DNA of 64,000 bases from Escherichia phage ELT3. The notes below the pieces were generated by a model, which made no database searches, was not told where the DNA came from, and saw only the letters and a program-made list of their open reading frames with translations. This document shows positions 9,420-19,458 of this stretch, piece by piece. The first letter of the stretch is position 1. Each line of letters starts with the position of its first letter. The stretch is from sequence record PQ368571. The stretch is one strand, 5' to 3'. The position numbers were made by a program, and so were the translations under genes.

Positions 9420-9452
9420 AAAGTAACCTCAAAAATTAGTTATAGTTCCGAG

Positions 9453-9460
9453 TATTTATA
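9453..9460 (-). promoter_or_regulatory. T4-type late promoter TATAAATA upstream of gene 36
   Basis: Minus-strand TATAAATA about 34 nt upstream of the ATG at 9419. Confidence 0.6.
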
Positions 9461-9581
9461 GAATGTTAACAAAATATCGCTTCGCGACGTGCCGTAGGCA
9501 CTGACTAATTTTTAACCGAAACAAATTTTCTATTATTCTAAAGATCTTTCTTCGTTTTGGTTACATTTTAACCAACTGTAT

Positions 9582-9609
9582 AAAAATAAAGCCGACCACA
9601 TGGATCGGC
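9582..9609 (-). terminator. Intrinsic terminator downstream of gene 35
   Basis: Hairpin gccgaccacatggatcggc followed by a U-run on the minus strand. Confidence 0.55.
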
Positions 9610-9621
9610 TTGTAAAAAATG

Positions 9622-10761
9622 TTAATCAACATCGAACTCTTTAAAGTTGTTGGATGTGATATGTTTATTGTCTCTAGGCAGCTTAAGAAGACTCATTACA
9701 GGGTTAGTAAAATCACCGTTATCCTGAATATGAGTTGTTCTAACACCATTAACACCAAATGAAGTAGGACCAGTAGTTTTGACGACTCCACTGATTGGCG
9801 TTATTAGTATGTTTCTAATTTTAACAATACCTTCATTTGAGTTGGTTGGATATCTGATACAACCAGTTACTACACTATCAACTCCTTCCGGTACGGTATA
9901 GACGGCTTCAAACTTTTCCCATTGATCTTTTTTGCTGGCATTGTATCGAACACCAGTTTTATATTGTCCATCGGTGAAGTAGTTGTGATAGAAACGCGCT
10001 GTTACGTTGGCTGCGGCTGCGGCACTATCACGGAACAATTCAAAGGATATTGATAGTTTGTCACCTGCCTTTATGTTAAAATCCTCAAGTGGGGCGCTGA
10101 TCTCATCGTGAGGCCATTGTATTAGCTCGAAATGTTCGGCATCTTCGCTAACATACTCAACCGGATAATCTAAAAATCGTTGTGGTGTTCCTGTTATAGC
10201 AAGATCATCTATAGTATCATAGACTTTCTCAATTTGTATAGATGAATCTTGTCCTTCCCCGTGGGTCGCTTGCATACCTTCGCACACAATTTTACCCATT
10301 TTCGTAGAATAAATTGCTGCATAGGATACACGAGGCATTTGCTGTAACAAAATGTGATTCGGGAATGATACAGAACCCAGCTTAGAAAATACAACATCAC
10401 TTACCGGATCTGCAAACAATTCTCCATGCGTTGCCATCGCAATGATATAGTCACCTTTCAGCAAAGAAAGATAATCACGCATTGCCAAAACAGCACCGCG
10501 ACCATAGAATACCTTTTCTTCGTGTAGTTGTCCAGTTGGAGTAAGAACTTTAAAATTTAGGCCATTTTCATAGCCAGTGCCAACGATCTCCACTCCATTA
10601 AATCTAATCCTTGCTGGTTTGGTAGAATCCGCATTAGATCCGCGCACTTCCAGCTTATACATCACAGAGTTGTTTTCTGAAATGCTGGTAAATGTCGCGG
10701 AGTCCTCATCGAAATGCGCAAACCTAATTCTAGTGTTGCGTAATTCTATATCTTGTGTCAT
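9622..10761 (-). CDS. 35: long tail fibre hinge protein gp35
   Basis: 379 aa (T4 gp35 is about 372 aa); located between genes 34 and 36. Confidence 0.7.
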   Translation of the reverse strand: MTQDIELRNTRIRFAHFDEDSATFTSISENNSVMYKLEVRGSNADSTKPARIRFNGVEIVGTGYENGLNFKVLTPTGQLHEEKVFYGRGAVLAMRDYLSLLKGDYIIAMATHGELFADPVSDVVFSKLGSVSFPNHILLQQMPRVSYAAIYSTKMGKIVCEGMQATHGEGQDSSIQIEKVYDTIDDLAITGTPQRFLDYPVEYVSEDAEHFELIQWPHDEISAPLEDFNIKAGDKLSISFELFRDSAAAAANVTARFYHNYFTDGQYKTGVRYNASKKDQWEKFEAVYTVPEGVDSVVTGCIRYPTNSNEGIVKIRNILITPISGVVKTTGPTSFGVNGVRTTHIQDNGDFTNPVMSLLKLPRDNKHITSNNFKEFDVD

Positions 10762-10773
10762 AATAACCCCATA

Positions 10774-10789
10774 GGGGGCTTTCGCCCCC
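10774..10789 (-). promoter_or_regulatory. Intergenic GNRA-tetraloop RNA hairpin (GGGGGC-GAAA-GCCCCC) between genes 34 and 35
   Basis: Perfect 6-bp GC stem with GAAA loop on the transcript; identical hairpin at 21592..21607. Confidence 0.4.
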
Positions 10790-10794
10790 TTTAA

Positions 10795-13700
10795 TTAGTC
10801 TTCCCAGATAAAATCTACGGTACGAGTCAGATTATTGGCGATGATTTTAACATTACCAACCTTGATCCAGTCACGCACCGTCATAGAGTTCATTAAACCA
10901 CCTTCTGCAACTACTGCCCCGATTTCCTGAGCGGTAGGCTTATTCTGTTTGGTGTAAATTTCACCCCATGCGGTCCATTGACCACCAGTACCGGAACGGA
11001 TATAATGTTTATGAGTACCATCAGGGGACCAAAGCTGGGTAAGCCCGTCCGCGTCAGTACCCCATTGCATCAGAGTACCGTTTTTCTTCTCTGGATAAGT
11101 TTCTTTGATGTTCTGGGTAGTAACTCGCATATTCCAGAAACCGATGTTACCAATTGCCGGAGCGGTTGCCGCGCTAGCTTCATGCTTAACAGAAACAATA
11201 GGCGCATTATCCATAGTCAGCTTACCGACCATTGTATCGCCAGCATTCTTAACAAACTGACGGTTAAGAACTTCGTCAGCGTTTCCTGCGTGTACGATCT
11301 GATATTTCTGTCCGGCGATCTCTGTAGTTAACGTTTGATGACCTGCCTTGATGTTAACACTTCCACCGTGACCGATATTCAGCATACCATCTGGGGAACG
11401 AGTCATTGCCGGATTAGACTGGTCAACAATGTATAAACCGCCTTGTTTCGCATACAGGTTACGACCTGCAATAAAGTCTCTATATGCTGTCGCGTCGCCA
11501 CTGTGTTTCATAGCAAAGGCGTAATGCTCAACGACTCCACCATCATTGATTTTACCGAAAGCGATAGCATCACTATCAACAACTTGCGCTGTTCCCGTAC
11601 CACCAACGATAATCGACCAAGAGTTTTTCATGCCTTCCGATGCGGTTGTGCCATGCAGAGTAATTCCGGTGTGACCGTCAACTCCACGCTCACCCAACAC
11701 CAGATGACCATTAATCGGACCATCAGTAGAGTTCTTAGTCACAAACAGAGTTTCAAAGGAACCTGATTTTAAGCACTCTAAATCGCCCTTCACGTTAACT
11801 TTTTTATTAAACGTGTAATTGCTCTCTATAGTCTGGTCAATGTCTCTACGCGCCCATTTAGCGGCCTCTACGTTACCCAATTTCAAACTATTCTGAGCGG
11901 TTGCCATCTTAGGTAAGAAATTAGCAAGTGCGTAGTTTAATCCTTTCGGGGTAACAGCAATTCCGTCATGCTGGTAGTTTCCTAGTTCTTGAGTAGAACC
12001 TTGCAGATTATCACCAACAAAACAGTTTTCCTGAGTAGCAACTTTCAAGAAACCACGACGCGCTTCGGTTGCTTTCCATGTATCCTCTGTCTGAACAACA
12101 TATTTGAAGTTCTTCGGAGAAATTGCTACATTAGCCAATGCACCAGCCACGGTTTCGGCTTGAGTACCAACTCGGATAATACCTTCTTTACCTTCGGTGG
12201 CCTTTTTGCCTTGCAGCTTTTTAGGAGTAATGATTGTAGTATCATCTTGACCAGCATCCGTAAGCTGAGTAGTAGCAACTTTAGCGACACCTTTTGTGTC
12301 TTCGGTTGCATCCAGACCGCTGATCATGATACCTTGCCACAAATCACCAGTAAGGTTAAGCCCCTGAGTCGGATCTACTTTCAAACGCTGTGCATTCTCA
12401 AAGAAGGTTTTAATCTTCAATGGGGTAGAAATGCGAGCATCGTCACGACCTGCGTCAAATTCCGGCTGAGTTGCAATTTCTGCTAAACCGTGTAAAGTTT
12501 CCGTTGCGCGGCGAGTATGCAGCTTTTTAGGCGTGATGATATGGTTATCACTTTGACCTAAGTTTGTTTCTTCCTGAGTTGCAATTTCAGCGATACCAGT
12601 GCGCGATTCGGTAGCAGTACGTTTCGTTAGCGTGCGAGTCGTGATTAGTAAAGCATCTTGCGGGGTTGATTCTGTAGCCCCTTGCACTTCCGCGTCAGTT
12701 GCCAGATAGCCAACACCACGGGAAGTTTCGGTCGCCTTGACTTCGTTGATGTTTTGTGGCGTAACAATTTTAACATGGTCGTTGATGTTATAGATCCCTG
12801 TACCAGCTTCGCCACGTCGAGCGGCAGCACTACCGCCAGCCTGAACAATTTCAGCAATACCAGCGAGATCTTCGGAAGCGCGACGTTCTTCTAATTTCTT
12901 AGGAGTAATAGCGCGGGTATCGTCTAAACCTTCATTGGTTTCGTGCTGGGTTGCAATTTCCATCACACCACGACGGGCTTCGGTAGCAACACAGTCATTT
13001 AACTTTTTAGGAGTAACGATAACATCATCCAGGAAGTTGGAACCAGTATCTTGATGCGTTTCCGCTTGAGTCGCAATGCGAGCAATACCGCGTCGAGTTT
13101 CGTTGGCGGTTTTATTAGCCAGCATTTTTGGTGTTACTGCAACTTCGTCGCTAGGATTCTCTTCATGGTTTTTATTCGTTTCAGTCTGGGTAGCCAGTGC
13201 AATTACACCGACACGCGCTTTACGAGTCGGATCTACTCGTTCTACGATCGGATGAGCGTGTGCTACCAGCCAATGTTTCTTACCATCATCGCCTTCTGAA
13301 TAAGAGAACTCCAGATAAGGTACATAATCACTAGCCGCATTGAACGACAATTCAGACACTTCCTTCCATGTCTCGGTCCCGTTGAATGGGTACTCGCTAC
13401 GCTTAGGAAACTGAACCATATTTTTCTGCATAAGGATTTTTGTATCCTCTGCGGCGGTGATAATACGGCAATTCTGGTTTCCGTGCATATACTGCATAGA
13501 AACTTGAATACGATCACCCGGCTCGACATTGGTCGGTAGCGTCAGAGTAACATCACGATCACCAAATACAGCAACATAGCTATTAGGTTGCAAGCGAGTG
13601 TCATCGATGATCGGTTTAAGACGAACAGACTGATCACCATCCCACACCCGCCATAAGTTTTCCGGCTTATCAAAGATGAATACACCATGACCGCTACGCT

Positions 13701-14535
13701 TACCGATAATCTCTTTTAGACCGGACGTGCCGATTGATTGTTCTTCTGCGTGCTCATGGACTTTAACCGTAACGTGGTTGGTTGCGGTTAATCCGTCAAG
13801 GTCTGTAGTCTGGATCATGTCGCCATTGTTGGCAAACTTAGGAAGCACTAAGGTAATATTACCCAACGAACTACGACGAAATACCTGATCACCATTCTGC
13901 ATTTGAATAGCATCAATCGCTGGCTGTGCGTACACACCGCGTGGCTCTGTTCCTGTCTGATAAACATGCCAACGATTACGAACAAAGATGAAATAGTTCA
14001 TTGCATACGGGGTAGTGCAATACCATTTTCGGTTGTACACATTACCGTTATGGTAAAACTCATGTCCTGTACTCAAGAACGATAATTCGTTAACACCACA
14101 CTTGCCACCGATGTCTTTTACTGTTATAGTGTCTCCCTCTGCTGGTTTAGTTGGCATAGAGAAAGTCAAGTTTGCAAATTGACCATCTGCTGCGATATAA
14201 TCACCAGACTTTAAAGGAGTATCACTGGAAGTTGCTGCAATATAATCCCAACGTGGGTCCGTGCGCAGTGCTTGCCATTTAGTCGGGTCAAAATCACCTG
14301 CTGGCTTTGTGATATCTTCTTTTGCATAATACGGACGGTTTTGATAGATTGTAGTTCCGTATTGATCATAACCGCGAGTTGTGTCATACTGAGTAATACC
14401 ATTATGGTAATTGAAAAATTCAACGTTGACCGCATCCGTTGATGTGTTTTTATCTGCGTATGCTACATTGACGACCTTTTCATTACCAGCGTCAAAGCCA
14501 AATGTGGCCTTGAAATGTTGAGAAAAATCTGCCAT
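10795..14535 (-). CDS. 34: long tail fibre proximal subunit gp34
   Basis: 1246 aa; similarity to T4 gp34 as recalled (e.g. WQALRTDPRW, PKFANNGD, ARVGVIALATQ, repeated TPKKL motifs, C-terminal FIWED); divergent from rnh as in T4. Confidence 0.85.
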   Translation of the reverse strand: MADFSQHFKATFGFDAGNEKVVNVAYADKNTSTDAVNVEFFNYHNGITQYDTTRGYDQYGTTIYQNRPYYAKEDITKPAGDFDPTKWQALRTDPRWDYIAATSSDTPLKSGDYIAADGQFANLTFSMPTKPAEGDTITVKDIGGKCGVNELSFLSTGHEFYHNGNVYNRKWYCTTPYAMNYFIFVRNRWHVYQTGTEPRGVYAQPAIDAIQMQNGDQVFRRSSLGNITLVLPKFANNGDMIQTTDLDGLTATNHVTVKVHEHAEEQSIGTSGLKEIIGKRSGHGVFIFDKPENLWRVWDGDQSVRLKPIIDDTRLQPNSYVAVFGDRDVTLTLPTNVEPGDRIQVSMQYMHGNQNCRIITAAEDTKILMQKNMVQFPKRSEYPFNGTETWKEVSELSFNAASDYVPYLEFSYSEGDDGKKHWLVAHAHPIVERVDPTRKARVGVIALATQTETNKNHEENPSDEVAVTPKMLANKTANETRRGIARIATQAETHQDTGSNFLDDVIVTPKKLNDCVATEARRGVMEIATQHETNEGLDDTRAITPKKLEERRASEDLAGIAEIVQAGGSAAARRGEAGTGIYNINDHVKIVTPQNINEVKATETSRGVGYLATDAEVQGATESTPQDALLITTRTLTKRTATESRTGIAEIATQEETNLGQSDNHIITPKKLHTRRATETLHGLAEIATQPEFDAGRDDARISTPLKIKTFFENAQRLKVDPTQGLNLTGDLWQGIMISGLDATEDTKGVAKVATTQLTDAGQDDTTIITPKKLQGKKATEGKEGIIRVGTQAETVAGALANVAISPKNFKYVVQTEDTWKATEARRGFLKVATQENCFVGDNLQGSTQELGNYQHDGIAVTPKGLNYALANFLPKMATAQNSLKLGNVEAAKWARRDIDQTIESNYTFNKKVNVKGDLECLKSGSFETLFVTKNSTDGPINGHLVLGERGVDGHTGITLHGTTASEGMKNSWSIIVGGTGTAQVVDSDAIAFGKINDGGVVEHYAFAMKHSGDATAYRDFIAGRNLYAKQGGLYIVDQSNPAMTRSPDGMLNIGHGGSVNIKAGHQTLTTEIAGQKYQIVHAGNADEVLNRQFVKNAGDTMVGKLTMDNAPIVSVKHEASAATAPAIGNIGFWNMRVTTQNIKETYPEKKNGTLMQWGTDADGLTQLWSPDGTHKHYIRSGTGGQWTAWGEIYTKQNKPTAQEIGAVVAEGGLMNSMTVRDWIKVGNVKIIANNLTRTVDFIWED

Positions 14536-14563
14536 TATTGGGTCTCCTTTTATAGTATGTTCA

Positions 14564-14571
14564 TATTTATA
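14564..14571 (-). promoter_or_regulatory. T4-type late promoter TATAAATA upstream of gene 34
   Basis: Minus-strand TATAAATA about 29 nt upstream of the ATG at 14535. Confidence 0.6.
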
Positions 14572-14649
14572 AAATGAGGCTTGATAGAAACAAAAGAGGA
14601 TGATATATTATGGTTAAAGTTGATTTGTCAGAAGGTGCAAAATGGGTAG

Positions 14650-14678
14650 TTGACAGAATCCCTGATAAGGATTATAAT
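14650..14678 (+). promoter_or_regulatory. Sigma70-like early promoter (TTGACA-N17-TATAAT) upstream of rnh
   Basis: -35 at 14650-14655, -10 at 14673-14678. Confidence 0.5.
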
Positions 14679-14795
14679 TATTTCCGTGCCGAATTAAACA
14701 ATGCAATTCTGCGAGTTAGAGAAGTACGGGTATGATCGTGACGTATCTAACTCGTTTGGCGAATATGTTGTTGTGAGAGTGGAGAGAACTTAATT

Positions 14796-15743
14796 ATGAC
14801 GTATAACCCGTTTACAAAAACTACCGCTACACTTAATGATTTCTTCGATGATCCAGAAGATAAACTGCCGGAAGGTGTGCATTTGATTGATATGTCACAG
14901 CTTATGATTGCTACTATCTCGCATACCTTTAAACCGGAAGATCCTATTAATGAAGGCATGATTCGTCATCTTATCCTTGACACCATGCGTTATAATATGA
15001 CAAAATTCAAAGAGCAATACCCAATTACGGTACTTGCCTTTGATTCAAGTAAAGGTTACTGGCGACGTGATATCGCACCTTACTATAAACGCAACCGTAA
15101 GGAAAAACGAGACGCAGATCCGCGTGATTGGGAGATGATCTTTGCTGCGATCAATAAGATCACCGAAGAGTTTAAAGAGAACATGCCTTATCACGTTATT
15201 AAGGTTGACAAAGTTGAAGCGGATGATATAATCGCTGTGTTAACTAAAAAGTTTTCTGTAGAAGGTCGCCAGGTGCTAATCAACTCCGGCGATGGTGACT
15301 ACACACAGTTGCACAAATACAAAAATGTGAAACAGTGGGCGCCAGTACAGAAAGCATGGAAGAAATGCAAATATGGTAGCCCTTACAAAGACCTTATGGT
15401 AAAATGTGTTAAGGGTGACGCAAAAGACGGTGTAGCTTCTATCAAGTGCCGTAGTGATTTCATCATCTCTCGACTGGAAGGGGAACGAGCTAAACCAATT
15501 GCAACCAAATGGTTAGAGCAAATTTTCGATGCCGAAGATCCAAAGTCTTTGATGACAGAGGAAGAAGCACGACGCTTTGACGAAAACCGCGAACTTATTG
15601 ATTTTGAATTTATTCCTGATAACATCGAATATGAAATTTTGTTAGCATGGGAGAAATCTAAACCAGCACCACGCGGTAAAATTTATAACTATTTTGTAAC
15701 AAATGCGTTAGTTAAAATGTTGCAGAAAATTGGTGAGTTCTAA
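14796..15743 (+). CDS. rnh: RNase H / 5'-3' flap endonuclease
   Basis: 315 aa; strong similarity to T4 RNase H as recalled (HLILDTMRYN, GYWRRD, YKRNRK, EADDIIAVLTKKFS, GDGDYTQLHKY, PPRGKIYNYF). Confidence 0.9.
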   Translation: MTYNPFTKTTATLNDFFDDPEDKLPEGVHLIDMSQLMIATISHTFKPEDPINEGMIRHLILDTMRYNMTKFKEQYPITVLAFDSSKGYWRRDIAPYYKRNRKEKRDADPRDWEMIFAAINKITEEFKENMPYHVIKVDKVEADDIIAVLTKKFSVEGRQVLINSGDGDYTQLHKYKNVKQWAPVQKAWKKCKYGSPYKDLMVKCVKGDAKDGVASIKCRSDFIISRLEGERAKPIATKWLEQIFDAEDPKSLMTEEEARRFDENRELIDFEFIPDNIEYEILLAWEKSKPAPRGKIYNYFVTNALVKMLQKIGEF

Positions 15744-15753
15744 GGGTTGACAT

Positions 15754-16350
15754 ATGAAAGAACTTGAATTAAAATACTATGCACACTCACAGGAAGGTGT
15801 AGAAACAATCCATGATGTGTGGGTAGCAATGTATGACGGGTACAATCTCGTAGACCGAGATAACATATTAAAACACGAGTTTTATTATGACACCGAAGAC
15901 CATGCACTACGTCGAAAAGGAATTTATGCACGACTTGACGTTTACAGAACATTAGTTATGGTCAAAATGGGAGATAGTGAATCTGGACTGTTCAACCGTG
16001 AGGAAATGACGTTTTCAAAATGGGATGAGTTCGCCCATTTTGTTGATAGTCTAGGGGTGAACTCAGAACATGTCATTCCTCTAATGCAGATAATGACACA
16101 TCGCAAGTCATTGACTCTAGATATGGGTTGTGGTATAGTGGAAATGTGCAAAGACACTTTCTATTATCGACGTTTAGACGAAGGAATGGGCGATGCCCAC
16201 TATGAACTTGAGTTCGAGTTAAAATCAGGTGATGAAAAAGCACTTGACATTATCCGAGAAATGATGCTAGAATATGTGGGTGACGATTTAAGTCCTAGCG
16301 AAATCTCAAAAGCTGAACGTGGTTTTCAATTAATGACGAAAGAGGGTTAA
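15754..16350 (+). CDS. CYTH-like (triphosphate tunnel metalloenzyme fold) protein
   Basis: N-terminal ELELKY matches the CYTH ExExK signature; internal RR pair and C-terminal YELEFEL acidic strand; no counterpart between rnh and dsbA in T4. Confidence 0.4.
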   Translation: MKELELKYYAHSQEGVETIHDVWVAMYDGYNLVDRDNILKHEFYYDTEDHALRRKGIYARLDVYRTLVMVKMGDSESGLFNREEMTFSKWDEFAHFVDSLGVNSEHVIPLMQIMTHRKSLTLDMGCGIVEMCKDTFYYRRLDEGMGDAHYELEFELKSGDEKALDIIREMMLEYVGDDLSPSEISKAERGFQLMTKEG

Positions 16351-16355
16351 ATATT

Positions 16356-16631
16356 ATGACTGAACAGAAAAAAGAAAAAGTAGTATTCGATGAAAATGTA
16401 CACGGAAATACCCTGGCACAACTGATTAAAGAAGCCAGCGATCAGAAAACCATTCAAGAAGCATACGGCGATAAGATCAAAGAGATCAAACAGCGTGCTA
16501 AAGAAGAATTAGGCGTAGATGGTAAAATGTGGGGCATTCTGTTTAAACTGTATCACCAGCAACAGCGCGAAACCTTCGAAGCAGAACGCGATGAAGCGGT
16601 AGAACTCTATGATCGGGTGTTCAATGCTTAA
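16356..16631 (+). CDS. dsbA: double-stranded DNA-binding protein DsbA (late transcription enhancer)
   Basis: 91 aa; similarity to T4 DsbA as recalled (FDENVHG, IKEASD, AKEELGVDGKM, FEAE..E.VELYD.VF); synteny. Confidence 0.8.
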   Translation: MTEQKKEKVVFDENVHGNTLAQLIKEASDQKTIQEAYGDKIKEIKQRAKEELGVDGKMWGILFKLYHQQQRETFEAERDEAVELYDRVFNA

Positions 16632-16878
16632 TGAACATGCGGTAAAAGCCGCGAACAAAACAGCAAACGGTCTTGCAATCGAAAAACTGGTTGTTGAAGA
16701 GGGATTGACTTATCTTGAAGCGACAACGCAGTTTGTAGAGGAAAACTCTATCGAATATGGTCACTATCAGAAGTATATTCCGGTGTCCATTATTGACAAG
16801 ATCACACAAGAATGTATAGTAAATAGAACGCTCAGGAAGGGAGTGATCGACGAACCGACCAACACTCTCGATATTTAA
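16624..16878 (+). CDS. 33: late transcription co-activator gp33 (assigned by synteny; start uncertain, alternative ATG at 16609)
   Basis: Small ORF between dsbA and gene 59, where T4 has gene 33. Confidence 0.45.
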   Translation: MLNEHAVKAANKTANGLAIEKLVVEEGLTYLEATTQFVEENSIEYGHYQKYIPVSIIDKITQECIVNRTLRKGVIDEPTNTLDI

Positions 16879-16887
16879 GGGGTATGT

Positions 16888-17568
16888 ATGATCAGAAACC
16901 GTCTTCCTCCAGATCCAGATATGCGAATTAATGCTAAATCTGTGTATATGTTATATTGCATGATGAAAGCTCATATGAACGGGCGTTATGATTGCGTAAA
17001 ATACAATTGGAGGATGCGGTTATCTGATGCCGCATTCAATAAACGCAGAGATAAGTATTATTTCGCAAAATTAGCGGAAAAGTACAATCTAAGAGAATTA
17101 TACTTCCTATTCCTAAGCAATCTGGTAGCCAATACCGATGCATGGGTAGGTGAAATCACTGATGTTGACGCATACGGATTTTATATGGAATACATAGGAA
17201 AGATAACCGATGCAGCAACAAGATTTGACGATGACATTAAAAGTCTGGTATACTTCTCAGAGAAACGCGGGGTTACTCTTAAAGAGCTAATTACATACAA
17301 TCCCGCAACCGAAACTAGCGGTATCTTTAAACTACTGCAAAATCGGATTATATCGTTTGAGTCGTTTATGTTGTTAGATAGCTTTCTAAATATAATCGAC
17401 GAACACGACAAGGTAGCCAAAGACTTGATTTGGCAAACTTATAGTGTTAAAATGAAGGCGTACAAGAAACTACTTGTTATTGACGCCGCAAAAGCAAGAG
17501 CATTATTTGTTAAAGTAGTTAAAGAGTGTAAAGAAATATCTCAATTAAAAGCCGAAACAAATAGTTGA
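16888..17568 (+). CDS. 59: helicase loader gp59
   Basis: 226 aa; similarity to T4 gp59 as recalled (KSVY.LY.M.K.HMNG.YD..KYNW.MR.SDAA..KRRDKY, SNLVAN.DAW, ISFE.F.LLDSFLNIID.HD). Confidence 0.85.
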   Translation: MIRNRLPPDPDMRINAKSVYMLYCMMKAHMNGRYDCVKYNWRMRLSDAAFNKRRDKYYFAKLAEKYNLRELYFLFLSNLVANTDAWVGEITDVDAYGFYMEYIGKITDAATRFDDDIKSLVYFSEKRGVTLKELITYNPATETSGIFKLLQNRIISFESFMLLDSFLNIIDEHDKVAKDLIWQTYSVKMKAYKKLLVIDAAKARALFVKVVKECKEISQLKAETNS

Positions 17569-17592
17569 CAAGTAAATTTAAATCTGTATAAT
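17565..17592 (+). promoter_or_regulatory. Sigma70-like promoter (TTGACA-N16-TATAAT) upstream of gene 32
   Basis: -35 at 17565-17570, -10 at 17587-17592. Confidence 0.5.
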
Positions 17593-17633
17593 AATCTAGA
17601 AAATTAATAGTTAATGTATAAAGAGGTATAATT

Positions 17634-18608
17634 ATGAACATGTTTCGTCGTCAAGATTCTTCCAAACTGCAAGCTCAACTGGCCGCACTGAAAGGTGGCA
17701 ACGGTTTCTCCAAAGAAGATCCGAAAGAGTGGAAGATTAAGACTGATGCAGCAGGTAACGGTGAAGCCCTGATTCGCTTCCTGCCGTCTAAGACAGAAGA
17801 CGGTCTGCCGATTGTGAAACTGGTAAACCATTCCTTCAAAGTTAATGGCAAATGGTATTGGGAAAACTGCTCCAGCACCCACGGTGATTTTGATTCTTGC
17901 CCTGTGTGCAAATATATTAACGAAAAAGACCTGTACAATACCGATAAAACCGAATGGCAACTGATTAAGCGTAAAGCCTCTTACTACGCAAATATTCTGG
18001 TACTGAAAGATCCTCAAGCACCAGAAAATGAAGGTAAGGTATTCAAATTCCGCTTCGGTCAGAAAATTTATGATAAGATCGTTGCAATGGTGAACGTGAA
18101 TACCGACATGGGCGAAGTTCCGGTCGATGTAACTTGTGTGTTCTCCGGTGCTAACTTCCTCCTGAAAGCTAAGAAGGTTGATAAACACCAGAACTATGAT
18201 GATTCTCGTTTCATGCAGCAATCACAGCTTCCGAAAATTGAAGACGAAGCATATCAGAAATATCTGATGGAAAACATGGTTGACCTGAGTGAGATTGTAG
18301 CGCCTAGCCAGTTTAAACCGTTCGATGAACTGGAAACCAAATTTAAGAAAACTATGGGCGTTTCTATGGTAGCTGGTGCTGCGGCTTCCAGTGCTGCGGC
18401 AGCGATTAACAGCCAGCTTGACGATTTTGACGCACAGATGAATGCATTCGATGCTGGTATTAACGCAGCTAGCACTGTAGTTGGTATTAACGCAGCTAGC
18501 ACGGCGTTAGATTCTTCCGCTGATGACCTGATGGCATCGCTGGATCTGGGTGGCGGTACTTCCTCCGCTTCTGATCTGGATGATCTGGACTCTCTGTTAG
18601 CGATGTAA
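17634..18608 (+). CDS. 32: single-stranded DNA-binding protein gp32
   Basis: 324 aa; strong similarity to T4 gp32 as recalled ([52 protein letters not shown], acidic C-terminal tail). Confidence 0.92.
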   Translation: MNMFRRQDSSKLQAQLAALKGGNGFSKEDPKEWKIKTDAAGNGEALIRFLPSKTEDGLPIVKLVNHSFKVNGKWYWENCSSTHGDFDSCPVCKYINEKDLYNTDKTEWQLIKRKASYYANILVLKDPQAPENEGKVFKFRFGQKIYDKIVAMVNVNTDMGEVPVDVTCVFSGANFLLKAKKVDKHQNYDDSRFMQQSQLPKIEDEAYQKYLMENMVDLSEIVAPSQFKPFDELETKFKKTMGVSMVAGAAASSAAAAINSQLDDFDAQMNAFDAGINAASTVVGINAASTALDSSADDLMASLDLGGGTSSASDLDDLDSLLAM

Positions 18609-18618
18609 TGAATTTTAC

Positions 18619-18645
18619 AGCCTCCCTTCGGGGAGGCTTTTTTAT
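18619..18645 (+). terminator. Intrinsic terminator after gene 32
   Basis: cctcccttcggggagg hairpin followed by a T-run. Confidence 0.7.
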
Positions 18646-18670
18646 TACCTAAAAATTTATGAAAAATGTG

Positions 18671-18698
18671 TTGACATGTTGGCGAGGTAATGTATAAT
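18671..18698 (+). promoter_or_regulatory. Sigma70-like early promoter (TTGACA-N16-TATAAT)
   Basis: -35 at 18671-18676, -10 at 18693-18698. Confidence 0.5.
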
Positions 18699-18734
18699 GA
18701 ACTAATCGAAACAACGGAGGATTAACAATGTTTT

Positions 18735-19058
18735 TTGAATGCTACCCTTTCCCAGAAAAGTGATAAAATCGAACTTCTGTATGTCATTGCTGATGTGGAC
18801 GTACAACGAAGAAATATAGATTTAAAAATTCACAAATATTATAATATGAGCGAATATCATGAAATCGAGATCCCACATAGTGTGTATCCTGCATTATTGT
18901 TAGGAAAAGGAAATCTAAGTGAATATTCTTTGAAAGTCATCAAAGATTCTAAATCAATGCTTGCTCATATGGAAAAAGATTTTCTTGATGAAGTTTCCGC
19001 GCTAGTTATTAAACTGAAAGAAGAAACAGCACCGCTTTTCATGGAACAAAAAGGTTGA
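18735..19058 (+). CDS. hypothetical protein (107 aa); start ambiguous (TTG start, or ATG at 18728 in another frame across a T6 run)
   Basis: RBS GGAGG precedes ATG at 18728, which is followed by TTTTTT; the long ORF is in the adjacent frame. Confidence 0.4.
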   Translation: MNATLSQKSDKIELLYVIADVDVQRRNIDLKIHKYYNMSEYHEIEIPHSVYPALLLGKGNLSEYSLKVIKDSKSMLAHMEKDFLDEVSALVIKLKEETAPLFMEQKG

Positions 19059-19082
19059 CAGCGTAACGCAATAGTGTATAAT
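19055..19082 (+). promoter_or_regulatory. Sigma70-like early promoter (TTGACA-N16-TATAAT)
   Basis: -35 at 19055-19060, -10 at 19077-19082. Confidence 0.5.
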
Positions 19083-19113
19083 ACAAACATCAAAACAAAG
19101 AGAGGATTATATT

Positions 19114-19443
19114 ATGTGGACTGTAGAACAAATCGTAGATGAAAAAGTAAGTATTATCTCATGCGGCACTATTGAAGAATGCCTTAAAGCCGCTAACCGT
19201 GAATGTATTACGGTTTATGAAGCCCGTCGCGGTGATGGTACTGTGTTAACCAGCGACTATCGATATGAACCAAAAATGATTACCTTTCGTTTTTGGGAAC
19301 ATGGTGTTAATGTTGGGGTATCTCACTTAAAACGTTTTCGTGATTATTCAGACCGTTATTTCATCACACCGGATAACGGTCAAGAATTTAAGACAGCAAT
19401 CACAGAAGAAAATGTAAACGAAAACTATTTCAAACTGATTTGA
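19114..19443 (+). CDS. hypothetical protein (109 aa)
   Basis: ORF with RBS GAGAGGA; lies between gene 32 and frd. Confidence 0.45.
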   Translation: MWTVEQIVDEKVSIISCGTIEECLKAANRECITVYEARRGDGTVLTSDYRYEPKMITFRFWEHGVNVGVSHLKRFRDYSDRYFITPDNGQEFKTAITEENVNENYFKLI

Positions 19444-19458
19444 TGGGAGATTTATATT

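Noticed and set aside
11989-12486. Plus-strand ORFs of 60-165 aa inside 10795..14535 (e.g. 10978, 11443, 11989, 12682, 13051)
   Set aside because: All are antisense to tail-fibre gene 34 and have no RBS or promoter context.
17604-18221. 205-aa minus-strand ORF
   Set aside because: Antisense to gene 32, whose identity is unambiguous.
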